64,000 nt of DNA from Ramazzottius varieornatus (Eukaryota; Animalia; Tardigrada): assembly GCA_001949185.1 (NCBI GenBank), contig BDGG01000017.1, forward strand, positions 558,001 to 622,000, in the 5' to 3' direction. Below, piece by piece: positions 12,374 through 24,694 of this stretch (its first letter is position 1; each line of letters starts with the position of its first letter). The notes under the pieces are model-generated. The model saw nothing but the letters and a program-made list of their open reading frames with translations, had not been told where the DNA came from and ran no database searches. The translations under genes and the position numbers were made by a program.

Positions 12374-15300
12374 CAGGTGTTTCAGTATGACTTGTCCGTT
12401 TTCTCCAGGCCTAACTGCAAATTTTGTTTCCTCCACCGTAAAACGAGATATCTCTCCAACCCTTTCTGTGCATTGTAGTACCGAGTCTAGCCTTTAAGAT
12501 CTGTTTCCAGACACTTAGAATCGTTGCTGCTGGAACTCAGCAAAACAAGATGTATCGACGCTCAAATTTTGAAAACTTCTTGACTCAGAAATCAAAATAA
12601 AACTCTTTTTCTTCCCCAAGTCTGAACGTTCAAAAATCTGTAAAACATAGTAAACAAAGCGCCAGACTCGATGCTCTTGAGAGTCCGGTTACAGCTTTGC
12701 AAAAAGGTTTGGTTGAAAAAGATATCCAGGTGGAAGGGATGATCCACACCCGCAAACGGAAGTCGGATTCTCCTAGAGTCGCTTTCGTATGCGAAAAGCA
12801 AGGAGGACCTATGCATACTTTAGGATACTTTTTGGCGGAACCGACGTGCCCTATATCGAATGGATCAAACTTCTGCTTATGCGACGGTCATGGTGTCGAA
12901 ACATAAAAATACTTCGATTTGATTGTTGGGATGCGTTTTCACCACGATACTACACATCCTCCATTAACCACAACAGTAATTAGAAATCTATACAACGGTG
13001 TAAACTAGTTTATACAAGGTCTGAGGGCTGCTTGTGTTTACAACGATGGCTTAACAAACAAAGGCATTGGCCAACAAAGGCAAGCCACAGAGCACTGCGC
13101 ATTGTGCAAACTTCGATATAAATCTAGCGCTCACGTTCAGTCAACGCATGAATTCTAGCCGTGCAAAAAAAAGGGGTGAGATAAAAATGCCAGGGCCATT
13201 TGTATGTAGTTGATAAACGGAAATGGGCAACCCACCAACGAACAAGATATGCAGGACGCATTGCACTTCCTTGAAAATAAATGTGTTTCCTGCAGCCTGT
13301 CCTTGACTCAGTTTTCGATCAAAGTTTTGCTGTGCATAGATGCCTGTTCAAGCGAAAGAATGCCAAACTGTTTAGCGGAGGAAACAGCCTTGAAGTGCCA
13401 TCATTGGAATAATGTTTGTTTCTTATCGCCAGCTATTTTTGCTTATAAAAACGCGGAGAGAAGTATCACTGTATTTGAATACTAGTTTCCATCACGGTTC
13501 CGATTGCGCTCACCAAATATGCGGCTCAGCGTATTATTTCTTGTTGTGTGGACCTGTTACGGCGCAACCAGATTCTACGACATCGCCGATTATGAGACCA
13601 ACGACTGCGTCACCGTGGATCCCCACGTGCTCAAGTTCCTGCTGCATCGGGACGAATACCATCTCACTGGGTTGAAAGAATTCATACGGGAGTGGCGCGA
13701 AGCGTGAAAGAAACCTCCAAAACGTTTTCGTACATCATTGGAATGGTCCATACTCCAAGACCATGAATGGCTGGAATGGTCTAACAAAAAACGTTCAGCT
13801 TACTGCCGTTACTGCCCGTTGGGTTTCACGGTTGGGGTACCCACGACCAAGGAAATCGGTGAGTTTCTCAAAATTCCAATCCCCATTTTCTACCAGGCTC
13901 CCGAGAACGCAGTTAAGCATGCCACTTGACATCATATCCAAGCGAAAGCAAATGCTCTTGCATTCAAAGAGATCAACATGTTACAGCTTAATCCCAAGAA
14001 AAGCTGTTTCCGTTTTGATTTCGTCATCAACAATCGTCGAACTTCTAGCCAGACAGGAAAATGCTAACCGCGGTACCAAACGCGAATTGAAAAGTAAGGA
14101 AATGAAAATCAGTACGGGCACGAGTTGTTCAATGTTGATGAATGGAGGTTCAGCGACTTCGGAGCGATGTATTTGTTCCGAATGGACTCTCGCGACCTGG
14201 ATCGTCTTAACAACATCACGCAAGAACCTGCCAAACCACGTTACTATTCTACCGACGTCCAAAACAAACTTATTGCTCTCAGGGTAGCTACATACGGAAA
14301 AAAATTTGATTGAGGTATATACTAAGAGCTCAAGCTGCTCATCAGGTCGACGAATGACAGGGACTGTTTTTGACTTTCTGTCCTCACTTTACAAATCAAA
14401 CAGAGGAAATACTTCTCAGTAATTGCTGACGGGACAATAGATCTTTCCAAAATAGATAAAATGTCCATTACTATTCGGTACCTCCACGGATTCAGAATAA
14501 AGGATTCCTTCATCGAGTTTGTGAATGTGTCCAAAAGCACAACAGGTAAGGAGCGCCCTTGCGTTAGTATTCATTTTTAATTAGGCTAGCATGATCTGAT
14601 ATTGTTCATTGTCTCTAACCGTAGGGAAGGCATTGGCAGAAACAATTAAGGGGAGACTCACCCATCACGAACTCGATACAGAAAATCCTCGAGGCCAGGG
14701 TTTCGACGGCGCGGCAAACATGCGGGGTCACATCAAAGGAGTTCAAGCTGAGATTGCCAAGGTCCAGCCAATAGCAATCTACACTCACTGCTATGCACAC
14801 TTGGTCATCCTTGTGATTAAGAACGCGGTGGAGGTGGAGTGTATCCAGAAATTCTACGGTGAGGTCAACAAGATCGGCAAGTACTTTGGTGCACCGAACC
14901 GCAGAAATTTTCTTCAGGAGACCTTCGGCTGCCCTAGAGGTATTAAAGTACCATCAACCGTCCACAGGGTGGACTTCTTATGCTGATGTCACGAGCTTTC
15001 GGTTCCTATTCTCATCTGGTGGATGGTCTAGAGGCCCTGGGAAGCATCTGCAACTTTGATCTCGGTAGCTGAAACGGCGCGGAGACAACTCGTGAAATGA
15101 TACTAACCTACGAATTCGTCTTCTGTCTCACAGTGAGTTTGTAAATAATGCAGATAACTTTCTGTTCTGAAAAGACAACATTCACCAAATCTTGCTTACA
15201 GTTGTCACAACAATAACTGCCCACTCTCAAGGAGCTGACCGAAGCCTCGCAAGCCAAAAACCTTGACTATAGTCTCTTCTCACGAAATGACACGTCATTT

Positions 15301-16660
15301 CTAATTCCAACTCCGAAGAAGAACAAGCCTGGAGGTAGAAACGATCCCGCAGAACACAGACCCGTAAGGGACGTCACAGATGTAGAGAACTCGTTTCGCA
15401 CCAACATATTTGTTCCTCACATCCAGAACATGAAAAGTTTTTTACAAGAACGGTTCGACAAGAATTCCCGAGTGCTGCAGCCGCTGGATATTCTTATGCC
15501 ATCCCGCGACCGAGTCTCTACGCCTCCCGCTGCTCTATTCCGTCCAACACTGAATTTCTGCAACACTGATCTTGGGAAAGTAAACGGCCTACCAGAAAGG
15601 TTCGCGGTTGAAATAGTAAACTGGTGTGCGATGTGGCAAGAAAGGCAGTGACCCCAGCACCCAGCTCCGTTAGAGGTGTCATAAGAGAAATAGTGGATAA
15701 AAATTTGGGCAGTCAATTCACTATCATAACCAAACTATTCATGATTTACGTTGTGGTACCAATGACATCTGCTGGTGCTGAAAGAAGCTTTTTAGTACTG
15801 AAAAGGGAAAAAACATGGCTCAGGATTCCATAAAAAACGAATTAACTGTCGTTATCGTTCACAAAGACATCGTCATCCCACACAGTGAGATAACGGAAAA
15901 ATATGTTTTCGACACGGATTTTGGCACTGCAGTCCTTCCTCTTGCACCCACTACGATCGTTAATCCGGCCGATACGGAGATCGACGAGAGCGAATACGAA
16001 ACGGAATAATGCGACACTTGCGAGTATTTCGACGACGGCGACGATATGGATTTCTTTGGTCATGACTAGCTCTTCACTTGACCTTGTCAATATTTCCACT
16101 TTTACTTACGTTACCAATATTGTGTGAATTGTTGACGCAGATTTTACTAACATCGGTTGGGTACGGTAGGCCAAAAAATTTGCTGTCGGTCGGGATTGTC
16201 TCGCACTCTTAGCCTTCATCACTTACTTACTAACCGAAACTTTTGCCCTTCTTTTCTTGTTAGGAGTTCCTACTATGCGAACGATACCGGTGCATCTTGA
16301 TAACCATTGAACGAACATGTTTGACGTAATGATACGGACATACGCTTCTTCTAGCATACGTCGACTGGTCAGCATCCGGAACCAGCTTTCAGATTCTGAA
16401 GATCACTTTCTGACGAAAGTATTGTGGCACCAGTACAGTTTCGTGGTTCCACTATGATTCATCAATTGAATCCAAATACTTTTATGTTTTGACACCGTGA
16501 CCGTCCCATAAGCAAAAGTTTGGTCCATTCGATATAGGGCGCGTCGGCCCTGCTTTCTGGAATCGAAAGCTCTAACGGCGAAGTCAAAAATGAATTTTGA
16601 AAGCTAACCCCCTTGCCCCCCCCCCCGTCCGAAAACGGACAAGTTACACTAAAACACCTG
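12374..16660. mobile_element. hAT-superfamily DNA transposon (decayed)
   Basis: About 30-bp TIRs CAGGTGTTTCAGTATGACTTGTCCGTTTTC and GAAAACGGACAAGTTACACTAAAACACCTG, plus inner ~85-bp inverted repeats at 12841-12925 and 16462-16547. No clean 8-bp TSD. Confidence 0.8.
13540..15833 (+). pseudogene. hAT transposase pseudogene (ZMYM1/THAP12-like, DUF4371 plus hATC)
   Basis: Frameshifted or stop-interrupted motifs: WLEWSNKKRSAYCRYC (TTF zinc finger), YYSTDVQNKLI, YFSVIADGTIDLS, RGQGFDGAANMRG, YTHCYAH, TSAGAERSFLVLKREKTWLR. Residual introns at about 14546-14624 and 15133-15201. Confidence 0.85.
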
Positions 16661-17720
16661 ATATATATGTAAGTCATGTTACAATACCCAAGGGAGTCTG
16701 AATCGCAAACTCATCAGAGGAAGTTCGAGCTCCAGACAGCACCATCTCAGGATGATTCCCCGATTTTTGAGGATGATTTTTCAGGACTCAGGATGATTCC
16801 CCGATTTTTCTGCTTTTGCTAATTTTTTTGACAAACTTTCCAAGTTTTTGATGAATCATGAGTCTTGATTTCGGATTTGGTCAATCAATTCTGTACTAGT
16901 CATGCGAAAATGTTGGCAAAATGATTGATACGGCATTCAAAACCCTGTTGATAGTACCGCTTGACGGCACTGCACGATCAGCAGGGTATGATAATGCAAC
17001 AGGCCTGTACGCACAACAGATGACTAATGGTAGAGACTACTTTCGGTGCCAAGAAATTTCTCTTTGATCTTCCGCCATAAGCTCAGGCTTGCCATAGTTT
17101 GCCCCAATTTAAGGGCTTTATTATGCTTGAACAGCTTTGTACGATGACTCAAGTGGTCTATGACTCATTATAAAGCTCCGCTGGAAGGTCAGCCTTTTGG
17201 GCGGAGCTCTTGCAAAAAGCCAGTGATGTCGCTCACTCACTCTATTGTGCGATGACGTTTACGAGTACCATCCGCAAGCCGTCTATTAGCTCGCTTTGGC
17301 CAGTACAAATCACCTGTGTGACATCTTATCGGTGTTGTTTCAATATGACTTTTTTTATTTTAATTGCACGAACGATTAATTAGAATACCTCGGGCCGCAG
17401 CAATTCCTTTTGGCCAGCGTTTTGGGCTGAGCTCTCGCAAAAGTAATGGGTGCAGTATGCGACTCTGGCAGCACTTATGAGCAGCTGCACTTCGCCTTGC
17501 CGGAGGGTGGGACACACGATCATGCGGTTGATTGGTTGTTCTGTACGAATATCGAGGCGGAGCGAATATCCGTTACGTCATCGACCGTACAAACGAAACA
17601 GAAGAAAACTGCATACACCTTTCCGTCGGATTTTCACGAGCAAGCCATTGCAACCGGCCACTTTTTCAAATTTTTTAGAGTTGTAAAATTTGAGAATGCT
17701 TCCTTCGCGATGCGGATTCA

Positions 17721-17882
17721 AGAATTTCCACAATTGATGATTTTTAAAAAGCTAGATCATAGCTTTATTCCCTGATCTTCGGCGTAACTGCTGATTGGTG
17801 TTGTTCTCCTATCTACGGCGGCTGCTGAATCAACTCACATTTTGGCACGCCATTGTTTGCAGACGGCGAAGTACTGCTGCTC
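17721..17882 (+). repeat. About 160-bp segment duplicated in inverted orientation at 49825-49985
   Basis: Near-gapless match including TCGGCGTAACTGC, TATCTACGGCGGCTGCTGA and CAGACGGCGAAGTACTGCTGCTC. Confidence 0.8.
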
Positions 17883-18007
17883 AGCCTGCGCTACAGTGTC
17901 TGGCAGCGAAGTGGAACAAATTTCTAAAGTTCCAGAATCACTGATCTGTTTTGTCGCCAGTCGAACATTTGTGAACCTAAAAGCAGAGCATCGTTTGCCA
18001 ACCGGGG

Positions 18008-18391
18008 ATGTGCGGGTTAACCACGGGATATGACTTCAGAAAGAGATTCGTCGAAAGGAAAAGGACGGATCCCTTCCCAGTCTACCAATGCCATATCTGC
18101 GCCTGCTTCACGCACGACCAGTCCCTCTTCATCGCTCACTTGCAAGGCTCCGAGCACCGGGAAAGGACGGAAGAACGATCGGTGGTGTGTCAGTCGGGCG
18201 ATTGTGGTTTCCGCAGCAGGGACTTGTCGAAGCTCCTGAGACATCTGGATGAGAAGAGATTCCACTTCGTTAACGCGTCCATCCCAGCTTGCTTGCTCAC
18301 CTTCACCACTCTCGTTAGCCTCACTCAACCTCCAGAAATACCTCCTTCAGAAGTAATTCAATGTCTGACCGATTGCTTGGTGTTTTTCTGA
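18008..18391 (+). CDS. Small C2H2-type zinc-finger ORF (gene boundaries uncertain)
   Basis: YQCHICACFTHDQSLFIAHLQGSEH and CQSGDCGFRSRDLSKLLRHLDEKRFH. No clear ATG. Confidence 0.5.
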   Translation: MCGLTTGYDFRKRFVERKRTDPFPVYQCHICACFTHDQSLFIAHLQGSEHRERTEERSVVCQSGDCGFRSRDLSKLLRHLDEKRFHFVNASIPACLLTFTTLVSLTQPPEIPPSEVIQCLTDCLVFF

Positions 18392-19048
18392 ATTTCTTCA
18401 TCATTATAGACAACGGCGAGAGATGTGAAAGCAAGCCGAGGATGACGGGAAGAGTTTACAAGTTTGGCGTGCCGTTGGGTTGGTCGTCTTCACATGGCTG
18501 CACAAGAACTGGCGGAAAGTTCGACTGGGTCAGCATCACCGTGCGGCCTACAATTCCAATTCCAATCGGTAATATCGGATTTGTCTTTCTACGGGAATGT
18601 GATAATTGAAATCTTTTTCTACCGTGAGGACCACCTGCGGAGTGATTATTTTCTTGAAGTTTCAAATAATTTTTTTGGGAGCGAGTTTTGGCCATCGTAA
18701 CTGTCTTTTTGTGAAATATCGTTGAGATCCATCCGACGAGAGGTTTTTCCCGATCTTGCAGGTCTGGAAATTTATCTAGGTATTTTGTGTGAAAAATGAA
18801 AATTAAATGGTGCGAAACAGATGCTTGAGGGAAGTGGGAGTAACGTTTTGGACTGATAGGACAGAATGGAGAGGACATTTCGGCCCTTGAATGCTATTAG
18901 TTTCGCTCTGAATGAGCCACAAGTGCCAGCATCTCCAACCTGTTGAGCTGGCCAGTTTACGAAATGGCAGTCAGGAAATCTATTCGTTGAAACTCTTCCA
19001 TGAAAAATACGTGATGATTTGGTTCGTGAATTGGGCGAAGGAACTGCG

Positions 19049-22000
19049 ATGGTGCGACATTTGAGTACGGTGATTTTTCTGTTAGTGTTTCGATCTTTCC
19101 GGTGTGGACGAGACAGTCGTCGTCCGTTCGAGGGTAATCTTCCCCAAAACTGCACCGTTCCAGCCTATATTCAAAATAAGTATTACAGTCGGGAGAATGG
19201 GCAGAATATGTTTACGACCATTCAGTCCAACAGCTTTACGCGCCTTCGCAAAGTGAGTATCCCGGGGTCGATTGTCGAGACCTCGGTTCAGCGGGACACG
19301 CAGGTCCAGGAGACCTGCTTGTTGATGCAGTGCAACCGTCCTAATAAAGTCACTGGACGCTGCCAATCGTTTCAACAGACCTCGGACATCAGTGGTGGAA
19401 TAGTCTATGATAGCGACCGATATCGCTTCCTCATTCATGACACGTAAGTAAAGTGACCAACCACTTCCGCCACTATGCTCACCTACAGTAATACGTATTT
19501 TTTCCTATAGAAGTACCAAATGCTATCGATGCCGGGAGATCGCGGTGAGGACCATCAACGTCTTGGAACTTCGGGAAAGTGAGATACCTGCCAACAGAGT
19601 AGTACTGTTGGTGACATGGGCAAATGACATCGTGTTATCGTGTTCTCAAGTGGCGCACGCTCTCAGCCTGCAACAGAAGGGAAGCGTGCGTCACTTGAGA
19701 GACCAATTCGTGCGTCACTTGAGAGACCACGCTTTCCAAGTCGAGTTTGAAAGCGTGAGTCTCTCGGGAACAGTTTTGCAGGTGTTTTCCTCAACTGGCG
19801 CACGCTTCCTGCGGCACTTGAAATAGCGATCATGTTCAGTTCCTTTGCCGACGTTCCATTCAGACGCTAATGTCATGTTTCTCCTTTGTAGCGGAATGTC
19901 TAACGTTTGGTGGGAATGTGGTACCCGACATGACATACCTGTGTGGTAAGTTGAAGGGCACAAAGATGGACGGCAACGTGGAGCGAGCTTCGTGGACGAC
20001 GCTCTTCTCGCAGAAGCCCACTCGCGTCTCCTGCCGGTCCAGCATTGAGGGCTCCTGGACTTTCAAGTACTCCATCCAGCGCTACTCTCAGCACAAGTGT
20101 CTCCATCCCAAGAACAACCTCACCTCCTGCCCGGACCCGGCCAACCGTTATTCGACCGAAGACCGCTTCTACATCTCCTATGGGGCGTGTGATGACTACG
20201 CCTGGAAGAAAGGCGATCCAGGTCTATCTTTCCTGAGAGACATGGGTAAGGTCCAACAAGTGAACCTGAATGGTGTATTTTCATGAAACGAGTATAACGG
20301 TATAACTTTCTGCTGGTTTTCACTTTAGCGATGACGTTCGTCTGTCTGGGCGATTGGTACATCGGCAACGACCATTTCTTCGCTGCCGTCAATTTGGGCG
20401 AAAACCGACCGGAAGAGCAGTATCGGTGTTTTGTAAGTATCTTCTCGGTCTTTGTCACGGATTGTTCCGTTGTCTCTTAAAGGCGTAAAAGGTTCTTAAG
20501 AACATTGGAACATCATAAGCCTGAACCATTCTGCAGATGGAAAATCACGACGATGACCAGTACATTGGCCATTCGCTGGCGGCGACCTGCTCGACGCTGC
20601 TGGCTCCCCGAGTCTCCCCCGTCATGTTACACCTCTTTCGCGGTACAGTTAGTTACCATCAGTCACTGAAGGTCACAGTGATAAACAATAGTCTGATTTG
20701 TAGCAAAGACGACCACCATTGCGCCAAGCTGTTCACTTCCGGCCAACTTCAGTGGTCGATGGATGAATACCGCTCATGCTGCTGTCAACTCCTGGATCGA
20801 CATCAACGCTACACATCTCTTAGAAAAACACCGACCGGACCAGCGAGTAAACGAATGGCTAAAACAGACTTTTGAGTTTATTTGAACGTTAGGCACAGAA
20901 ACCGGACATGATCGTTTTTCACAGCGGTGCACACTTTCGGCCGACAAAATTGAAAGCATGCGGCACGTGAGAGAACATAGGTGATTGTCTACCCAAGCGG
21001 CGCACGCTGTTAGGCAGTAACACTGAGAGTGTGCGCCACCTGGGAAAACAATCTTGTCCACTTTGTCTATTAGCTCCCATCGGCAGAAAAGCTCGTCCAG
21101 CGCTGGTTCTTTAGTTAATTAGTGTTGTGTTTGTAGCTGGCGGTGGAAACGAGTTTCATCTGTCAAGAGCAGAAAGGGCAGCGATACATGATGGCACGAG
21201 TGGGCATCGGCGGCTGTCAAGTCTACTACGTCTGCTGGCACTTCCTGCCGCGCCACCACAACATCATCCGTTACCGAGTAGGGTTGGCATTCGCTACCAA
21301 AGACTTCCGGCAAGTCTGCTCGTGGTCCTCGTTCCTCCAATCTCGCGACTGGAAGTACGATCTGTTAATAGGTAAACCTACACATGGCCGAAGTGGCTTT
21401 CGGGTCCTAACGTTGAGTGGTGTTGTCCGTGTTTGTAGCCCAGAATCCATTGCCGGTGGAATGTCCCATCGGTGGCAAGTTTCGCTTCACCCAATACGGT
21501 GATGTCCCACTGGAGAGTCGGATTCGAGGTGGGGTAACTAAGTCTCCGCGTGATCAAGTCGAGTGCAAGCAATATGAAACAGACTTGTCGGTGTGCTCCA
21601 AGCAATGGCGGAAACAGTACGATACTCGACAAATCTTAATTGATCTGGACAAGTGTATGACGCTGGACTGGCATGCTAAACCTATCGGCGAATACGGTAA
21701 CTTCTTCCTCATAGCTAGTAATTAGGACTTGAGCAAATGATGTCACCCAGATCATTATCTCAGGTGGCGCACTTCCTCTTTGCTGATGACTGCAAGACTG
21801 CGCCTCTTGCGTAAACGTTCCGGGTGGATTCATTTGTCGACTTCCCAATTGTTTCCGTTGAACAGTAAACCTTTTATAATTTGGTAGATGAGCCGGATCA
21901 CATCTTACACTGCATCGGTTACTGGCGGGAGAACGCCCGCTCCTTCTTGGTAACCTACGAGAAGGAGGACGCCTTGAGTCCCTTCCGCTGTTGGGTCTAC

Positions 22001-22406
22001 AACCGCATTGGCTATCAACGCTTGCTGCTGTCCCGCGGTGTGGCTTCTTACTGCGGCATCCAGCAAGAACCTGATAGCGCTAACTTGAGCTACGGAGCCT
22101 CCTTGGCCTTGGACTTGCACGAGAACGAACGGCTGTGTACGTACAAACTCTTGATCGATATGTCTGCGCTCTTCATTAAAACCGGCCTTTTTATTCGTAG
22201 TTGATGACTGTCCACTACGGTTTGTCGATGGTTCGGATCCTTGGATACCCATTGGACAATATGGTCTCCTGACTTCCGCCGCCGTTCTGTATCGTATTGC
22301 TTCCCTTTTCACTGTCATATCCAACCTCAGCCTACATCTCTTTACTGTCATTTTCCTCAAACAAGAAATCTGGCTCGGTACTGTCAACAGAAATGATAAA
22401 AAATAA
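19049..22406 (+). CDS. Conserved uncharacterised Cys-containing secreted/membrane-anchored invertebrate protein
   Basis: Ten phase-compatible exons, signal peptide and hydrophobic C-terminus. Motifs CRSSIEGSWTF, CLGDWYIGNDHFFA, FLPRHHNIIRYR, PVECPIGGKFRFTQ, CIGYWREN, FRCWVY, DGSDPW recalled from an arthropod family of unknown function. Confidence 0.8.
19617..19858. repeat. GTGGCGCAC palindromic element in intron 19579-19891
   Basis: CAAGTGGCGCAC...GTGCGTCACTTG, with an internal ~21-bp duplication. Confidence 0.8.
20891..21078. repeat. GTGGCGCAC palindromic element (two units) in intron 20847-21136
   Basis: AAGCGGCGCAC-N25-GTGCGCCACCTGGGAAAACAATCTTGTCC. Confidence 0.8.
21725..21847. repeat. 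GTGGCGCAC palindromic element (one unit) in intron 21697-21887
   Basis: CAGGTGGCGCAC...CTGCGCCTCTTG with family termini. Confidence 0.7.
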
Positions 22407-22574
22407 AAGTTTAAGCATTCAGATGAGACAACGTTCTTCCTAACTACAATCAAATAAAAAATCAAACAAAAATATTAGAATTACCAAGACAGCCCAAACG
22501 GAAGTATGTCTCGATGGAAGTGAGTCTTTGGTTGAAAGTACTAACCGCCGATGTGGTCAGGTTCATTTTTGTTC

Positions 22575-24083
22575 TCAGGAGGGAGCTGGACAAGAAGCGG
22601 TATTGGCAAGCAGACGACTGGGCGGGATGGAGTATTCTTTCCAGTTATGCTTGAACTCCTGGCATGTTTTATACCTGTGGACAGTAGAGAGGAGATGCAA
22701 AGGGTTAATAGAACAAGAGGGATGGAAATGTCAGGTACTTTCTGATCAGCATACCATTGAGCATCAGTGATGAGTTGCTTGACCTCCTTGTGGCGAATGA
22801 GCATCTTTTCCAGCTCGACCGCTTGGACCAGCTCCTCTTGCGACATGTACACCCAGCGGACAAGCTTCATCAAAGGGACGAAATAGACCATCCGACCGTG
22901 CCGCTCGTGGTTGATCCACCGAAGTGCAGCTGTCAGGACATCATACTCCGTCTACCAACAAAGAATCGAGGTTAGTGTAGTGCAAGAGTCCCCACTGCGA
23001 CAAAACAGGCTACCGACATCAGTTAGGTGATTTACGCTCAAATACTACATACATGAATACGAACATCGTCGTTCGATAGTAAACGACGAACCCGACTGTA
23101 AGGCCATTCCACGAAACTGATCAGTTGAATCTGGTTGTAGAACTTGTCGATCCACATTTCGTATATGTAACCAATCACGGCCTTGTTTCCTACAGCTTGT
23201 TCGGCAATCTGTAACAAGCGCCAACATGTGTATTGATAATCCCTCGGCCAATCCACCGGCCAACAAAATACAGCAGCTTCACAAGCAAGTTTCACAAGAA
23301 TGTTTTCCCAAGTGGCGCACGCTTGGACTGTCTTTGGCTGGAACCGCGCGCCACTCGAAAAAGCCATCTTGTTGAAGATTGTTTTGCCTAGCTCCCAAAT
23401 GGGTTCGTTAGATTAATGATTACCTCAAGCATAACGGCGATATGTTCGTCGCTGGTGAGAACAGCCAACAAGCGTTCACAAGCGGCGATGACGGTGGGCA
23501 TTTGCAGGAAGGTGGCAGCCATTAATAGCGAATAGACGTTGTAGTAGTTGAGGCGACACCTGGCGGTATACATGTAGTCCACCAGCATGGATATGGCCGC
23601 CACATCCAGCTCCTTCTCTAAGCGGATCTCTGTCGTTGGCTTGTAGCCAGCCTCGTGGCGTCCTTGGCCATGGATAAACTTGTGCATCCAGGGCGATGCA
23701 GCGCACAGTACATGTCGGTGAGCAGAGACCTCGCCGTTGGCCACTTTGACGACGGCGTCGTTGAACTGGCGGCGTTTGTGAAAGTCCTGGACAACGTGGG
23801 CGATGCTCCACATGATCTCTTCGGGTTGACGCTGGATGGTGGCGCCAGCTGACTCAATCTCTTGTGAGGATATAGAGGCTGGCATATCGACGGAGATGTG
23901 CAACTGGCCCAGGCGAACGTTGATGGGCGTCAGTTGAAGGTGAGCTCTGGGAGGGAGGTTGGTCCCACTCTGGACACCCCCTCTGCTGGCTGAAGGTATA
24001 GAAGGTTCGCCCCTGGAACTAGCCACAGGACTGTAGCTTGAAGGGGATGAACAAGGAGCGCAGTTAACAGCTCGGTCTGCCAT
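22575..24083 (-). CDS. BTB-BACK domain protein (no Kelch repeats seen)
   Basis: BTB motifs FNDAVVKV, SAHRHVLCAASPW, LVDYMYT, LLMAATFLQM. BACK motifs LLSNDDVRIH|TEYDVLTAALRWINH, LMKLVRW. Four exons. Confidence 0.85.
23275..23396. repeat. GTGGCGCAC palindromic element (one unit) in BTB intron 23209-23423
   Basis: TTTTCCCAAGTGGCGCAC-N25-GCGCGCCACTCG. Confidence 0.85.
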
Positions 24084-24694
24084 TGCTTCTTCGTCAACAC
24101 AACGTTCCGTACTGTGGTCTACTTCCTGATTAGCTCATTTCAACATAACATGTATGAACAACACGAACCATGCAGCCAAAATTGGAGTCAAGGTTTGTTC
24201 TGACGATCACAGAGCTACCGACGTCTGGCTTCGGGGGAGCAAAAATCCGTCTGTTGTTTTATTGGAAGGTTGTGCGAAGGAACTGGGAACAGAAGCGATA
24301 GCTATAACGTATGCGCAAGTTTATGGTGTCGGCAGTCTTTGTTGTCACGTGACTTGGGGAGGAATGCAACGGTCTCTGTTCCTTAGTGATCCCCCTAAAT
24401 TACGTCTCGGTGACAGCCAGCAGATGAACAGAGCCTCACAGTACGTGGTTGTGCTGGTTACGCGTTTATTCAGAGAGCTACGTCATGAAGTATTGCAGCG
24501 ATATAGGGAGAGAAGTATTCAGAGGTTCGGAATAATTACGGGATGGAAATAGTGCATGATTGCATATGTGCTATAGAGCTCTCTATACAGTATGTAACAA
24601 TGGCCAGGTGTAGCTTTGGTTAGATTCTCTGTTTAATCCATGAAGTAATCCATCAACCCGTTGTGTGCTGAGGAGTGCCTGAGTTAGGTAATGT

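Noticed and set aside
16746-16809. 23-bp direct duplication, plus (TA)n near 27123 and (GCAG)n near 39724
   Set aside because: Ordinary local slippage or microsatellites.
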